From Verrucomicrobiota bacterium (GTDB taxonomy: Bacteria > Verrucomicrobiota > Verrucomicrobiia > Limisphaerales > AAA164-E04): a stretch of DNA of 64,000 bases. The first letter of the stretch is position 1. Every line of letters begins with the position of its first letter. Below are positions 8,566 through 17,396 of this stretch, piece after piece. The translations under genes and the position numbers were made by a program. Location of the stretch: positions 3,214 through 67,213 of the forward strand of contig JALRAZ010000454.1 of NCBI GenBank assembly GCA_023257935.1, read 5' to 3'. The notes beneath the pieces are model-generated. The model worked only from the letters and a program-made list of their open reading frames with translations, searched no databases and was not told where the DNA came from.

Positions 8566-9807
8566 ATGCACCTCAAACTGATCATGGCACTGCTTTGCTT
8601 TGGCTACTGCAGCCCAGCTATGGCGCGGGAAGCCAAAGAATATGACAAAGACGTACAATACGACGAATCGCGGCTCCCGGCGTATGATCTGCCACCTTTG
8701 CTGGTGACCTCCTCTGGGCATCCTGTCAGGACACCAGAGGATTGGATGCGGGTTCGAAGACCTGAAATCCTGTCACTCTTTGCCAACTTAATTTATGGCA
8801 AAGTCCCCGAACCAGCTACCCCCATCAAGGTAAGCTATGAGTTGGCACAGGAGGACAGGGGGTTTATGGGAGGCAAGGCCACTCGGAAGGATATCAAGAT
8901 CCATCTTGAAAACGCCAAAGGGCGGTTGAGCATGCATTTCCTTGTTTTCGTGCCTAATGAAGCTCAAAAGCCAGTACCGGCATTTTTCAAGCACAGCTTC
9001 AATAACACCCAATCCAATGATTTTGACGCTTCGACTTCCCGTCCTGGTTTTCTCAAGAATGGCTGGCCTCTCGGACAGCTATTGGATCGCGGCTACGGAT
9101 TTTGTGCTGTTTATCAACAGGATCTGGTTGGACACAACGAGGTAGAATTTCAGAACAGCATTCACAAGCTTTTCTACCCTGAGGGTCAAAGTTTCCCCAA
9201 GGCACATGAATGGGGTGTGCTATCGGCCTGTGCCTGGGGAGCAAGCCGTGCCATGGATTATTTGGAAACCGATTCGGACATCGACCATACCCGGATCGCG
9301 ATCATGGGACATTCAAAAATGGGCAAGGCCACCCTTTGGACAGCCGCCCAGGACGAACGTTTCGCCTTGGCTATTTCAGCCCAGTCCGGCTGCGCGGGTG
9401 CTGCTCTGTGGCGTCGCAAATCTGGTGAAACGCTCAAAAAGATGGTAACCCGCTTTCCCTATTGGCTGTGCCGAAATGCCTGGAAGTTCGTGGAACAGGA
9501 AGATGACTTGCCAATTGATCAACACATGCTCCTGGCATGCATTGCGCCTAGGCCTGTCTACGTCCATAGCGCCACGGAGGATACCTGGGCAGACGGACGA
9601 GGCGAGTACCTATCAGCTTACCATGCAAGTGAAGTCTATCGCCTTCTCGGTAAGAAGGGCCTGACATCCATGGAACTACCTGAAGTCGGCGAACCCATCA
9701 TCGAGTCTCAAGTGGGTTACCATATTCGAGAGGGCGGTCATTCCATAGAACCTTGGGATTGGAATCGTTTCATTGATTTTGCCGACTTTCATCTCCAAGC
9801 CAAGTAA
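8566..9807 (+). CDS. CE15-like (glucuronoyl / acetylxylan-type) serine esterase, secreted
   Basis: The ATG at 8566 gives the signal peptide MHLKLIMALLCFGYCSPAMA; the track start at 8467 is TTG. The nucleophile motif GHSKMGKATLWTAAQDERF resembles the bacterial CE15 G-x-S-R/K-x-GK motif. Confidence 0.7.
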   Translation: MHLKLIMALLCFGYCSPAMAREAKEYDKDVQYDESRLPAYDLPPLLVTSSGHPVRTPEDWMRVRRPEILSLFANLIYGKVPEPATPIKVSYELAQEDRGFMGGKATRKDIKIHLENAKGRLSMHFLVFVPNEAQKPVPAFFKHSFNNTQSNDFDASTSRPGFLKNGWPLGQLLDRGYGFCAVYQQDLVGHNEVEFQNSIHKLFYPEGQSFPKAHEWGVLSACAWGASRAMDYLETDSDIDHTRIAIMGHSKMGKATLWTAAQDERFALAISAQSGCAGAALWRRKSGETLKKMVTRFPYWLCRNAWKFVEQEDDLPIDQHMLLACIAPRPVYVHSATEDTWADGRGEYLSAYHASEVYRLLGKKGLTSMELPEVGEPIIESQVGYHIREGGHSIEPWDWNRFIDFADFHLQAK

Positions 9808-9988
9808 GCGTGTCAGCGACCCAACACTCAGTCTGATCGTTCAGCAGACAGGGTGCTCATGAGTGCAAGCTTCTGGAAAGAAGTTACCTTATTTCAAAAG
9901 CTCATGATGACTGGTTTTCATGTTTTATTTATTTAATATTAATAAAATTTGACGACCGAGGTGGCTGTGGCACATTCTGCGAGTGATT

Positions 9989-10786
9989 ATGAAAAACCCT
10001 GCATGGAGCCAACGAGTCGGCAAGCTTGGGATGACATTGGTGCTGCTTCTAATAGGCCACAGCACTTTAAGTGCTAGAAGCTCATTCCCTAGTATGATGC
10101 CCAACGGGATGGTCAATCGGTGCGCGAACTGCCACGTAAGGTCTTCGGGGGGTGGACCCAGGAACGCCTTTGGGCAAGACGTGGCCTTGGCCCTTCGGCA
10201 AGGGCCTGCATTCTGGACCTCTGCGCTGGCGGCGCTGGATTCAGATGGAGACGGATTTACCAACGGCGAAGAGCTAGGAGACCCAGATGGAGATGGCGTG
10301 GCTCTGGAAGGTATGAATGTCACTCTTCCGGGGAATGCTGCCGACTTCCCAATAGTGGTCTCCCCACCCTCGGACACCGAAGCACCCGTGCTTACCTTGC
10401 TGGGTCTTGATTCCATCGAATTAATTCAAGGCACTCCTTTTGTGGATCCTGGAGTGAGCGTGAGCGACAACCTCGACACTGATTTAACCTACACGGTTGA
10501 GGGTGATCTTGATATCAACCAAGTTGGCTCCTATACCCTTATTTACACAGCCATAGATCAAGCCGGCAACCTTGCAGCCCCCCTTCAGCGATTAATCCAT
10601 GTGATCCCTGCCGAGACTACCCTTGTCACTCGCAGAGAATCTAATCAATTAGTCTTATCCTGGGAAGGTCAGGGGCGTTTGCAGGTAGCCACTTCCCCTG
10701 CTGGCCCCTGGTCTGACCTGACCACAGCAACCAGCCCTCATGCGGTGACCATGAGCCAGTTGGTTCAGTTTTATCGGGTTCGATAG
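9989..10786 (+). CDS. Secreted protein: CxxCH / GGG-RN-FG (temptin-like) module, Asp-rich Ca-binding-type repeat and Ig-like (DUF5011-type) domain
   Basis: ATG is at 9989; the track start at 9983 is GTG. Signal peptide: GMTLVLLLIGHSTLSA. The sequence PNGMVNRCANCHVRSSGGGPRNAFGQD is followed by DSDGDGFTNGEELGDPDGDG. Next comes DTEAPVLTLLG...GTPFVDPGVSVSDN...GSYTLIYTAIDQAGN, which is typical of DUF5011 / HYR-like Ig domains. Confidence 0.75.
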   Translation: MKNPAWSQRVGKLGMTLVLLLIGHSTLSARSSFPSMMPNGMVNRCANCHVRSSGGGPRNAFGQDVALALRQGPAFWTSALAALDSDGDGFTNGEELGDPDGDGVALEGMNVTLPGNAADFPIVVSPPSDTEAPVLTLLGLDSIELIQGTPFVDPGVSVSDNLDTDLTYTVEGDLDINQVGSYTLIYTAIDQAGNLAAPLQRLIHVIPAETTLVTRRESNQLVLSWEGQGRLQVATSPAGPWSDLTTATSPHAVTMSQLVQFYRVR

Positions 10787-10926
10787 AGGAAGCCCTTGAT
10801 AGGCCAAGAAAACCGGAGGCTTGGTGATGCGCATGCAGCATCAAGGGCTTCGCGTATTTGCAATTGGTCTTGAAATTGGTTTCCAAGACTGTCAAACCTA
10901 CTGCCTGATAACCCATCACAATTTCT

Positions 10927-11724
10927 ATGAAAACATTCCTCATTCATGCTTCCCTCCTAGGGGCGTTCGCTTTGACAGCCCATGGTGCAGATGCTCCAAT
11001 CGGCTACACCGACACCCCCATGATTCCAGGCCAGAAATGGCGAGTTCATGACAAGGATCGCCCTAGCCCCTCGGTGGTCACCCCCGGAACCACCTTCAGT
11101 CACTCAGCCCCAGCACCTTCAGATGCCATCGTCCTCTTTGACGGCAAAGACCTGTCCATGTGGCGGAACGGCAACAAACCTGCCAACTGGAAGGTAGAAA
11201 ATGGATACATGGAAGTTGCTCCAGGGTCGGGATCGATCCAGACACGAGACGATTTTGGAGATTTTCAGTTGCACCTTGAGTTTGCTACCCCTCACGTGGT
11301 CGAAGGCAACAGTCAGGGGCGAGGCAACAGTGGGGTCATCATTTATGGGAAATACGAGGTCCAAGTGCTGGACTCTTTCAACAACCCTACCTATGCAGAC
11401 GGGCAAGCTGGAGCCATGTATGGGCATCTGCCTCCCCTAGCGAATGCCAGCAAAGTCCCTGGAGCCTGGCAGTCCTACGACATCATTTTTGAGGCACCTC
11501 GCTGGGAAGACGGAAAAATTGCGAAGAAAGCCTGTGTCACCGTGATACATAATGGGGTATTGCTCCATCACAAACAGGAATACCCCGGCCCCACGCGCCA
11601 CAGAGGTGTTGGCAATTACAACGATCCCCATCCGTCCAAGGGACCTATCCAACTCCAGGATCACAGCAATCCAATGCGCTTCCGTAACATTTGGATCCGC
11701 AGTCTGGGGCAATACGACCAATAA
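10927..11724 (+). CDS. DUF1080 (3-keto-disaccharide hydrolase-like) secreted protein, second paralogue
   Basis: Signal peptide: MKTFLIHASLLGAFALTAHGA. Family motifs: FDGKDLSMWRN, DFGDFQLHLEF, GNSGVIIYG and GPIQLQDHSNPMRFRNIWIR. Confidence 0.9.
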   Translation: MKTFLIHASLLGAFALTAHGADAPIGYTDTPMIPGQKWRVHDKDRPSPSVVTPGTTFSHSAPAPSDAIVLFDGKDLSMWRNGNKPANWKVENGYMEVAPGSGSIQTRDDFGDFQLHLEFATPHVVEGNSQGRGNSGVIIYGKYEVQVLDSFNNPTYADGQAGAMYGHLPPLANASKVPGAWQSYDIIFEAPRWEDGKIAKKACVTVIHNGVLLHHKQEYPGPTRHRGVGNYNDPHPSKGPIQLQDHSNPMRFRNIWIRSLGQYDQ

Positions 11725-11753
11725 TATCTGATCATTCTTGGTTTTTTAGACGC

Positions 11754-11786
11754 ACAGGCCGGCTTCAACGCCGGCCTGTTTGTGTT
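11754..11786. terminator. Bidirectional rho-independent terminator between convergent genes
   Basis: A perfect GC-rich hairpin acaggccggc / ttcaac / gccggcctgt (11754-11779) is followed by ttgtgtt. It sits between the DUF1080 stop (11724) and the hpnG-like stop (11808). Confidence 0.8.
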
Positions 11787-11807
11787 GCATGGCTGCATAA
11801 ACAAACC

Positions 11808-12488
11808 TTATTCCCCTGAGTGAACCGCCGCCCATGCTTGCAGGGCAGCCCCGAGTCGGCTGGTAGCCTTCTGGACCTGCCGATGAAATTGAATCATGGG
11901 CAGGATGCTTCCAGGCTGACGCATCAAATCCATCACCACGCTGGAAAGGACCATCTCACCCGAAGGATTCATGTATCGATTAAAGTCCATGGGAAGTGAT
12001 TGGTTTGCAGTGTCCGATATGGCCTTAATCGTTACACACTTGAGGCTGTTTTTTTCAGCAATGGCCCGAATGGAGGATGATTCCATGTCCACAGCCATGG
12101 CTCCACAGTCTTCCCGCATGGCTGTTTTTTCCTCCGCATGAATCAGTATGGTCGAAGAGGATGCCACCCTGCCTCGCTGAATCCCTTCAAGCCTAAGTAG
12201 TTGCCTGAGTGCTGGCTGAGGTAGGGCACAATCCGGATCATCCAGGACCAGTTGCCCCACTTCAAGAGACCGATCCAGTCCGCCAGCGAGTCCAGCGCAG
12301 ATTAAAAGGGAGGGTTTCAGGCGTTGGACCCATGCCGGAAGAGTGGCTTCGACCGCCTGCGACCCCATGCCCGTGATGCAGGTAGACCATGGGCTATTGA
12401 CCTGAAAGCACTTGGCTTCCTGATGCAAGGCAAAGCATAGCAAGGGCTGTCCTGTTGGTTCCATGGATCGCTTTTGAAACTGCCCCAT
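11808..12488 (-). CDS. hpnG: PNP/UDP-1 family nucleosidase/phosphorylase, HpnG-like (hopanoid-associated)
   Basis: AVDMESSSIRAIA and KAISD are motifs of MTA/SAH-nucleosidase-type phosphorylases. The ATG at 12488 shares one nucleotide with the shc stop (TGATG). Its position directly after squalene-hopene cyclase matches hpnG. Confidence 0.65.
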   Translation of the reverse strand: MGQFQKRSMEPTGQPLLCFALHQEAKCFQVNSPWSTCITGMGSQAVEATLPAWVQRLKPSLLICAGLAGGLDRSLEVGQLVLDDPDCALPQPALRQLLRLEGIQRGRVASSSTILIHAEEKTAMREDCGAMAVDMESSSIRAIAEKNSLKCVTIKAISDTANQSLPMDFNRYMNPSGEMVLSSVVMDLMRQPGSILPMIQFHRQVQKATSRLGAALQAWAAVHSGE

Positions 12489-14464
12489 CAGGGCTGGCTG
12501 CTGCACTTCTGAGCTAGATCCCTGTATTCAGCAAGCGCAAGTAAGGGCCAGGTGTTACGATACATGTCATACTTCAGGTAAAAGACCTTGGGAAAGCCAG
12601 TTCCAGTCGTTTCCTCTTCGAGCCAGGATCCATCCTCAACCTGTTTTTTCAGCAAGTAATCCACGCCGCGTCTCAGACTTGGGCGCGAAGGATCTCCCAG
12701 GGTATTCAGAGCCATGACGACCCAGGCGGTCTGAGATGGGGTGCTCGGTCCCCTGCCCTTGAACCGCGGATCCTCATAGCTGTCGCATCTTTCCCCCCAA
12801 CCACCGTCCTCATGCTGAACGGATTCAAGCCATTGATAGGCTCGCTCAACCCAGGGTTGGGTCATGTCAACCCCAAGGGAATCCAGTCCTCTGATGACCT
12901 GCCAGGTTCCATACAGGTAATTTACCCCCCATCGACCATACCAGGATCCATCAGCTTCCTGATTATCCTTGAGGTATCTGATCGCCTTCTCGATCTGGAA
13001 GTGATCCTGTGCCCACCCTTCTCCACCGAGTAATTCTAATACACGGGCAGTGATATCCGAGCATTCTGGGTCAAGCATGGCATTGTGGTCGGCAAATGGA
13101 ACCTTTTCCATGATGCTCCGCGTACAATCCTTATCAAAAGCAGCCCATCCGCCATCGCGGCACTGGAAGGTAATCAACCAATTGAGTCCCCGGTTGAAGG
13201 AGGAATGAGTGATTGGGTCGGGATTGAGTTGCAAGCGCCTGAGCGCCAGCAGAACCATTGCTGTGTCATCCACATCCGGATTCCATTGATTCTCATGCTC
13301 AAAAGCCCAGCCACTGGGTTCCACATCAACGGGATTCTTGATAGCCCAGTCACCACGAAAACGAATTTCCTTATCTACCAAATAAGATGCCGCCCGGCGC
13401 AAGGCAGGATGCTCGGCAGGGATACCCGATGCGTGCAGAGCGATGCTGGCGATAGCAGTATCCCAGACGGGTGAAAAACAAGGCTCGATACGAAGCGAAT
13501 GGTCGGTGTGGTGCTCCAGTGCTTTCAATGCAAGCTCAGCCCTCAGCACCTGTGGGTGGTCCTTGTGATAACCCATGGATTTGAGTGCTATCAGGGAATT
13601 GAGCATCGCCGGAAAAATAGCGGCAAGGCCCTGAGTGCGCTCAAAGCGCTCCAGCATCCATGATTCAGATCGACGCAGTGCGCGCTTACGAAAGGGATGC
13701 CAACCCAACCCGACAAATCGCTCAGCCAGCTTATTGAGTTTGTCCAGTTGGAGAAAGAGGTTCCGCCAGGAAAATAATTGGGGATCCCGTGGCAGCCGCA
13801 AATCCTGCTCTTGGAAACCTTCGGGATAAAGCTCACCAAGCCCCCCCGTAGGGAGTAGGTTCCTGGTTGGCTTGTAATGGTTGATAATGGACAAAGGGAC
13901 CAGCATGCTGCGAGTCCAGTTGCTCATTTCATGAAAGTTAACATGAAACCATCGACCCATGAGGATGATTTCACATGGGATGGTAGGCAAATGTTCCCAT
14001 GCGAAGAGGCCGAACAAGGCTAGGTAAAGTTTGGAAAAAGTATTCAGCCTTGGTATCCCGCCTAATGCCAAAGCTGCTTCTTTAGCCTTGAGCAGACGTG
14101 GATCATTTTCGGTGAGCCCAGCAAGCCTTAGGGCCAGGTAAGCCTTGATGGTCGCATTGACCTCGGCCGGGCCACCGTAATAAAGACTCCAGCCTCCGCT
14201 TGGTAATTGACACGATAAGATGTGGTTGAGGGCCTTGGCCTGCCAAATGGGATCCACCTTACCATTCCAGTGATGGTAACAGAGCATATCGGCCACAAGA
14301 GTCACGTCGACCATCAACTCACCAACCCAAAAACCCTCTTCCTCTTGAAGGCCAAGCAGATGTTTCTGAGCAAGAGCCACAACCCGTTCGATTCGCTTGC
14401 GACAAGCTAGATCTTCCCATACCGGCCCGGGCAGATCAGAAGGATTGGATAATAATGAGGTCAT
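12488..14464 (-). CDS. shc: Squalene-hopene cyclase
   Basis: 658 aa. Carries the catalytic DVDDTAMVLLAL (DxDDTA) motif and repeated QW-type motifs (QxxDGGW / QxxDGSW, e.g. QCRDGGWAAF, QEADGSWYGRWG, QHEDGGWGE). Confidence 0.95.
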   Translation of the reverse strand: MTSLLSNPSDLPGPVWEDLACRKRIERVVALAQKHLLGLQEEEGFWVGELMVDVTLVADMLCYHHWNGKVDPIWQAKALNHILSCQLPSGGWSLYYGGPAEVNATIKAYLALRLAGLTENDPRLLKAKEAALALGGIPRLNTFSKLYLALFGLFAWEHLPTIPCEIILMGRWFHVNFHEMSNWTRSMLVPLSIINHYKPTRNLLPTGGLGELYPEGFQEQDLRLPRDPQLFSWRNLFLQLDKLNKLAERFVGLGWHPFRKRALRRSESWMLERFERTQGLAAIFPAMLNSLIALKSMGYHKDHPQVLRAELALKALEHHTDHSLRIEPCFSPVWDTAIASIALHASGIPAEHPALRRAASYLVDKEIRFRGDWAIKNPVDVEPSGWAFEHENQWNPDVDDTAMVLLALRRLQLNPDPITHSSFNRGLNWLITFQCRDGGWAAFDKDCTRSIMEKVPFADHNAMLDPECSDITARVLELLGGEGWAQDHFQIEKAIRYLKDNQEADGSWYGRWGVNYLYGTWQVIRGLDSLGVDMTQPWVERAYQWLESVQHEDGGWGERCDSYEDPRFKGRGPSTPSQTAWVVMALNTLGDPSRPSLRRGVDYLLKKQVEDGSWLEEETTGTGFPKVFYLKYDMYRNTWPLLALAEYRDLAQKCSSQP

Positions 14465-14611
14465 GGCCGGTTATCTGTTCAGAAGCGATCTGAGGAAAAT
14501 GACGATATCCTGACGATAAAAAGTGAAACTTACCGACTCGATTTCCAAGGATGCAACCCTTAATGTCCTGCTTAGATTTGATGTGATGCCGCATCAATCC
14601 GCCTCAAAAGC

Positions 14612-15733
14612 ATGCAACGACCACTTAGGTTCCTGATGCTCAACTGGAGAGACCCCGAAAACCCCGCAGCGGGCGGGGCAGAGCGTGTTTCACTGGGCTA
14701 CCTGGCTGCCCTGGCAGATCGGGGACACGAGGTGTGGTGGTATGCCAATGCATTCAAGGACGCAGCCACCGAAACGCTTCTGCATGGAGTTCGCATACGA
14801 CGCGGGGGAAGCATGGGCACTTCCATTTACCATGCATGGCGTTGGTACGCCAGGCAGCCAAGTTTTGATCTAGTGATCGACCAACATCACGGTATCCCCT
14901 GGTTGGCGCCATGGTGGACACAAACTCGCTGTGTGGCCTACATTCACGAGGTTTTGGGTCCGATCTGGTCTGCTTTCTATCCTGCCCCCATAGCCCAATT
15001 AGGGCAGCTACAGGAATGGCTGACCCATTTAATCTACCGAAACATCCCGTTCTGGACAGCTTGCCAGGGTACCGAGCGGATGCTTAGCAGCCGAGGTATC
15101 AGGCAGATCAAGCGGATTCCCTATGGCGTCCACACCAGATCGCTCCCAAAACTGCCGGATAAAACATACCAGGAGCCATTGAAGCTCATCACCGTATCTC
15201 GCCTCGCTCCCAACAAACGAATCCAACATGCGATCCAAACCCTTGCCAGGCTGAAGGATCTTGGTATTGCTGCATCACTTGACATTGTCGGCCGTGGCGA
15301 TGAAGAGCCTTTTCTGAGGCAACTGGTTCAGGAACAACGGCTCGGGGATGTTGTTCACTTCAAAGGCAATTTGAGTGAATCAGAAAAAGATAACGCGCTA
15401 GCGCAAGCCCACCTTTTACTTCATACATCCATCCGCGAAGGCTGGGGGCTCAATGTCATTGAAGCCAACGCCATGGGAACACCATCCGTTGTCTACCCAG
15501 TAGCCGGCCTCGTTGAATCAACCCTGCACGGACTTACCGGTAGGGTGGCTAAGATGGAAAGTCCAGAGGCCCTGACAGAAGAAGTGATTCACTTCCTCAA
15601 TCATCCTGCAGATTATCAAGCCTGTAGGCAAAATGCCTGGAAACAAGCCAACCAGTTTCACTGGGATGAGATTTTGCCGCGCGCCTGTGACTGGCTCGAA
15701 TTCATGGCAAAGCAAAAATCATCTTCCACATGA
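14612..15733 (+). CDS. GT4-type (GT-B, retaining) glycosyltransferase
   Basis: 373 aa with the C-terminal EX7E motif EGWGLNVIE followed by ANAMGTPSVV. Its stop overlaps the next gene (ATGA at 15730-15733). Confidence 0.85.
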   Translation: MQRPLRFLMLNWRDPENPAAGGAERVSLGYLAALADRGHEVWWYANAFKDAATETLLHGVRIRRGGSMGTSIYHAWRWYARQPSFDLVIDQHHGIPWLAPWWTQTRCVAYIHEVLGPIWSAFYPAPIAQLGQLQEWLTHLIYRNIPFWTACQGTERMLSSRGIRQIKRIPYGVHTRSLPKLPDKTYQEPLKLITVSRLAPNKRIQHAIQTLARLKDLGIAASLDIVGRGDEEPFLRQLVQEQRLGDVVHFKGNLSESEKDNALAQAHLLLHTSIREGWGLNVIEANAMGTPSVVYPVAGLVESTLHGLTGRVAKMESPEALTEEVIHFLNHPADYQACRQNAWKQANQFHWDEILPRACDWLEFMAKQKSSST

Positions 15734-16785
15734 AGTCATGGATCCAATTCATAGGGTTGGGGGTTTCCTTTTTCTTCACAGCTTTAGTGGTCTATTACCT
15801 AAACTGGGATGAGGTTGGGGAGGCTTTGGCCCAGATTCATTGGGGCTGGATGATCCTCACCATCGTCGTCTACTACACTGGGGTTTTGGTGCGGGCATGG
15901 CGATGGCGGTGGCTCTTCCCGGCTGAAATTGATCCTTCCTGCAAAAGCCTGCTGGGTTCTATCATGGTTGGTCAGGCATTCAACAATGTGCTGCCTACAG
16001 GTCGGGTGGGAGAATGGTTGCGAGCTGCCCACGTAGCGAAAAAGCAAGGGCTCCAAATGGCCACTGCTTTCGGGACAATCCTAACCGAGCGCTTGTTTGA
16101 TGCACTGACCTTGCTGCTCCTTTTCTTTGCCTCCTTGCACTGGTTGCCACCCCTCAATGGAGAGATTCAAATCACACTTGGGACGCAGGTGCTCGAGGGT
16201 AGCCTTCTTTTCGAGTTCATGAAAAAGTTGGGAGTATTATCCCTGTGTATGCTGCTAGGGATCATTGGATTGATCCCCAAAAAGGGACGCCAGGCTTTAT
16301 TCTGGAGTCTGTCCCTCCTGCGCTTGCCGTCGTCATGGTCGACATGGCTTGAGAAGGTTATGAAGGGCTTCATCGAGGGCTTGCTCAGTGTTGCTAACCC
16401 ATGGCGTCTTTTAAGGGTTCTCGTGCTCTCTGGGCTTATGTGGTCTATCAATGCCTTGGCTGCGATGACACTTGGCGAGGGGTTTGATGAGCTAAGGATT
16501 GATCCCGCACGTGCCATGGCTCTGGTGGTGTTCCAGAGCCTGGCTACCATGATCCCTGCTGCACCAGGCTACTGGGGCGTCTATGAAGCAGGCATGATCC
16601 TTGGCTTTGCGATGCTGAACCTCCACCCCTCTCAGGAAGTGGCATTGGCCTATGGCCTGATCATGCACTTGATCTTTTTCATACCAACGACTCTGACTGG
16701 ACTTTGGATCGCAACAAGGGAGAGTCTCTATCCATCCACTCTAGATTCGGAATCCAGCCCCAACCAAGCGACCAATCGGTCCTGA
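15730..16785 (+). CDS. UPF0104 / lysyl-phosphatidylglycerol-synthase-TM-like (flippase-like) membrane protein, HpnL-like
   Basis: 351 aa, polytopic (about 8 TM). The N-terminal pattern WxxV...L..I.W....L.......R..RW is typical of the UPF0104 family. It is translationally coupled to the GT4 gene. Confidence 0.7.
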   Translation: MKSWIQFIGLGVSFFFTALVVYYLNWDEVGEALAQIHWGWMILTIVVYYTGVLVRAWRWRWLFPAEIDPSCKSLLGSIMVGQAFNNVLPTGRVGEWLRAAHVAKKQGLQMATAFGTILTERLFDALTLLLLFFASLHWLPPLNGEIQITLGTQVLEGSLLFEFMKKLGVLSLCMLLGIIGLIPKKGRQALFWSLSLLRLPSSWSTWLEKVMKGFIEGLLSVANPWRLLRVLVLSGLMWSINALAAMTLGEGFDELRIDPARAMALVVFQSLATMIPAAPGYWGVYEAGMILGFAMLNLHPSQEVALAYGLIMHLIFFIPTTLTGLWIATRESLYPSTLDSESSPNQATNRS

Positions 16786-16791
16786 TGCCTC

Positions 16792-17364
16792 CTAGACTTG
16801 ATAGGCATTGAGTATCCATTCGATCAAGGTTTCAAACTCAACCTGCTGGATGGACATGAGTTGGGTTGGAGGCAAGGCCCCTGGCCTGTTTTGAAAATGC
16901 TCCTCAATCCTGTCAACAAAAGCGATGGGATCCCATTTGTCATTTCGAATCACAGGGTGCTCCTCAAGCTCTTGCCCTCCCTCTAACCCTTTTAACCGAT
17001 CGGCAAGCAAGCCATACAAGGGGTGGTCGCCGACACGATGAAACCAGTATTTTGCGTTAGGCCAATCTGGTTCGCGTCGGTGCATCATGCCATGAAGGAA
17101 ACTCCCCTCTGGGCTGTGAATGCATTGCGAGATCTCGTGAGAGGCTTCCAGGTGATCGTGCCAGAAAAGGGCTGCCGCTTTGAGTAAAACGATTTGTTCA
17201 TGGCAGCAGCCCCATTCATCAGCCAGGGCATCTAGCCTCGCACTGATTTCTCCCGGACTCAGCTGAGTTGAGCCCTGCGGTGCCCCAAGTGAGGGCAGGT
17301 CTGAACGCTTGAGCTGATCAAGCAACCTGAGGGTATTGGCCGAGAGTTTGATAGAGGGTTTCAT
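16792..17364 (-). CDS. Hypothetical protein (190 aa), His/Trp-rich core
   Basis: ATG at 17364 with no signal peptide. I cannot assign the conserved-looking stretch FLHGMMHRREPDWPNAKYWFHRVGDHP to a named family. It lies 32 nt downstream of the TPR gene on the same strand. Confidence 0.7.
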   Translation of the reverse strand: MKPSIKLSANTLRLLDQLKRSDLPSLGAPQGSTQLSPGEISARLDALADEWGCCHEQIVLLKAAALFWHDHLEASHEISQCIHSPEGSFLHGMMHRREPDWPNAKYWFHRVGDHPLYGLLADRLKGLEGGQELEEHPVIRNDKWDPIAFVDRIEEHFQNRPGALPPTQLMSIQQVEFETLIEWILNAYQV

Positions 17365-17396
17365 GGTCAGGCGTCTTTTGCGAAGGTCAGACAGCC

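Noticed and set aside
9921-9982. AT-rich block followed by TTGACG and TGGCAC upstream of the temptin-like gene, considered as a sigma-70 or sigma-54 promoter.
   Set aside because: No acceptable -10 hexamer sits at 16-18 nt from TTGACG. The TGGCAC is followed by CTGC two nucleotides too early for a -12 element. The region is probably a promoter, but I cannot define it.
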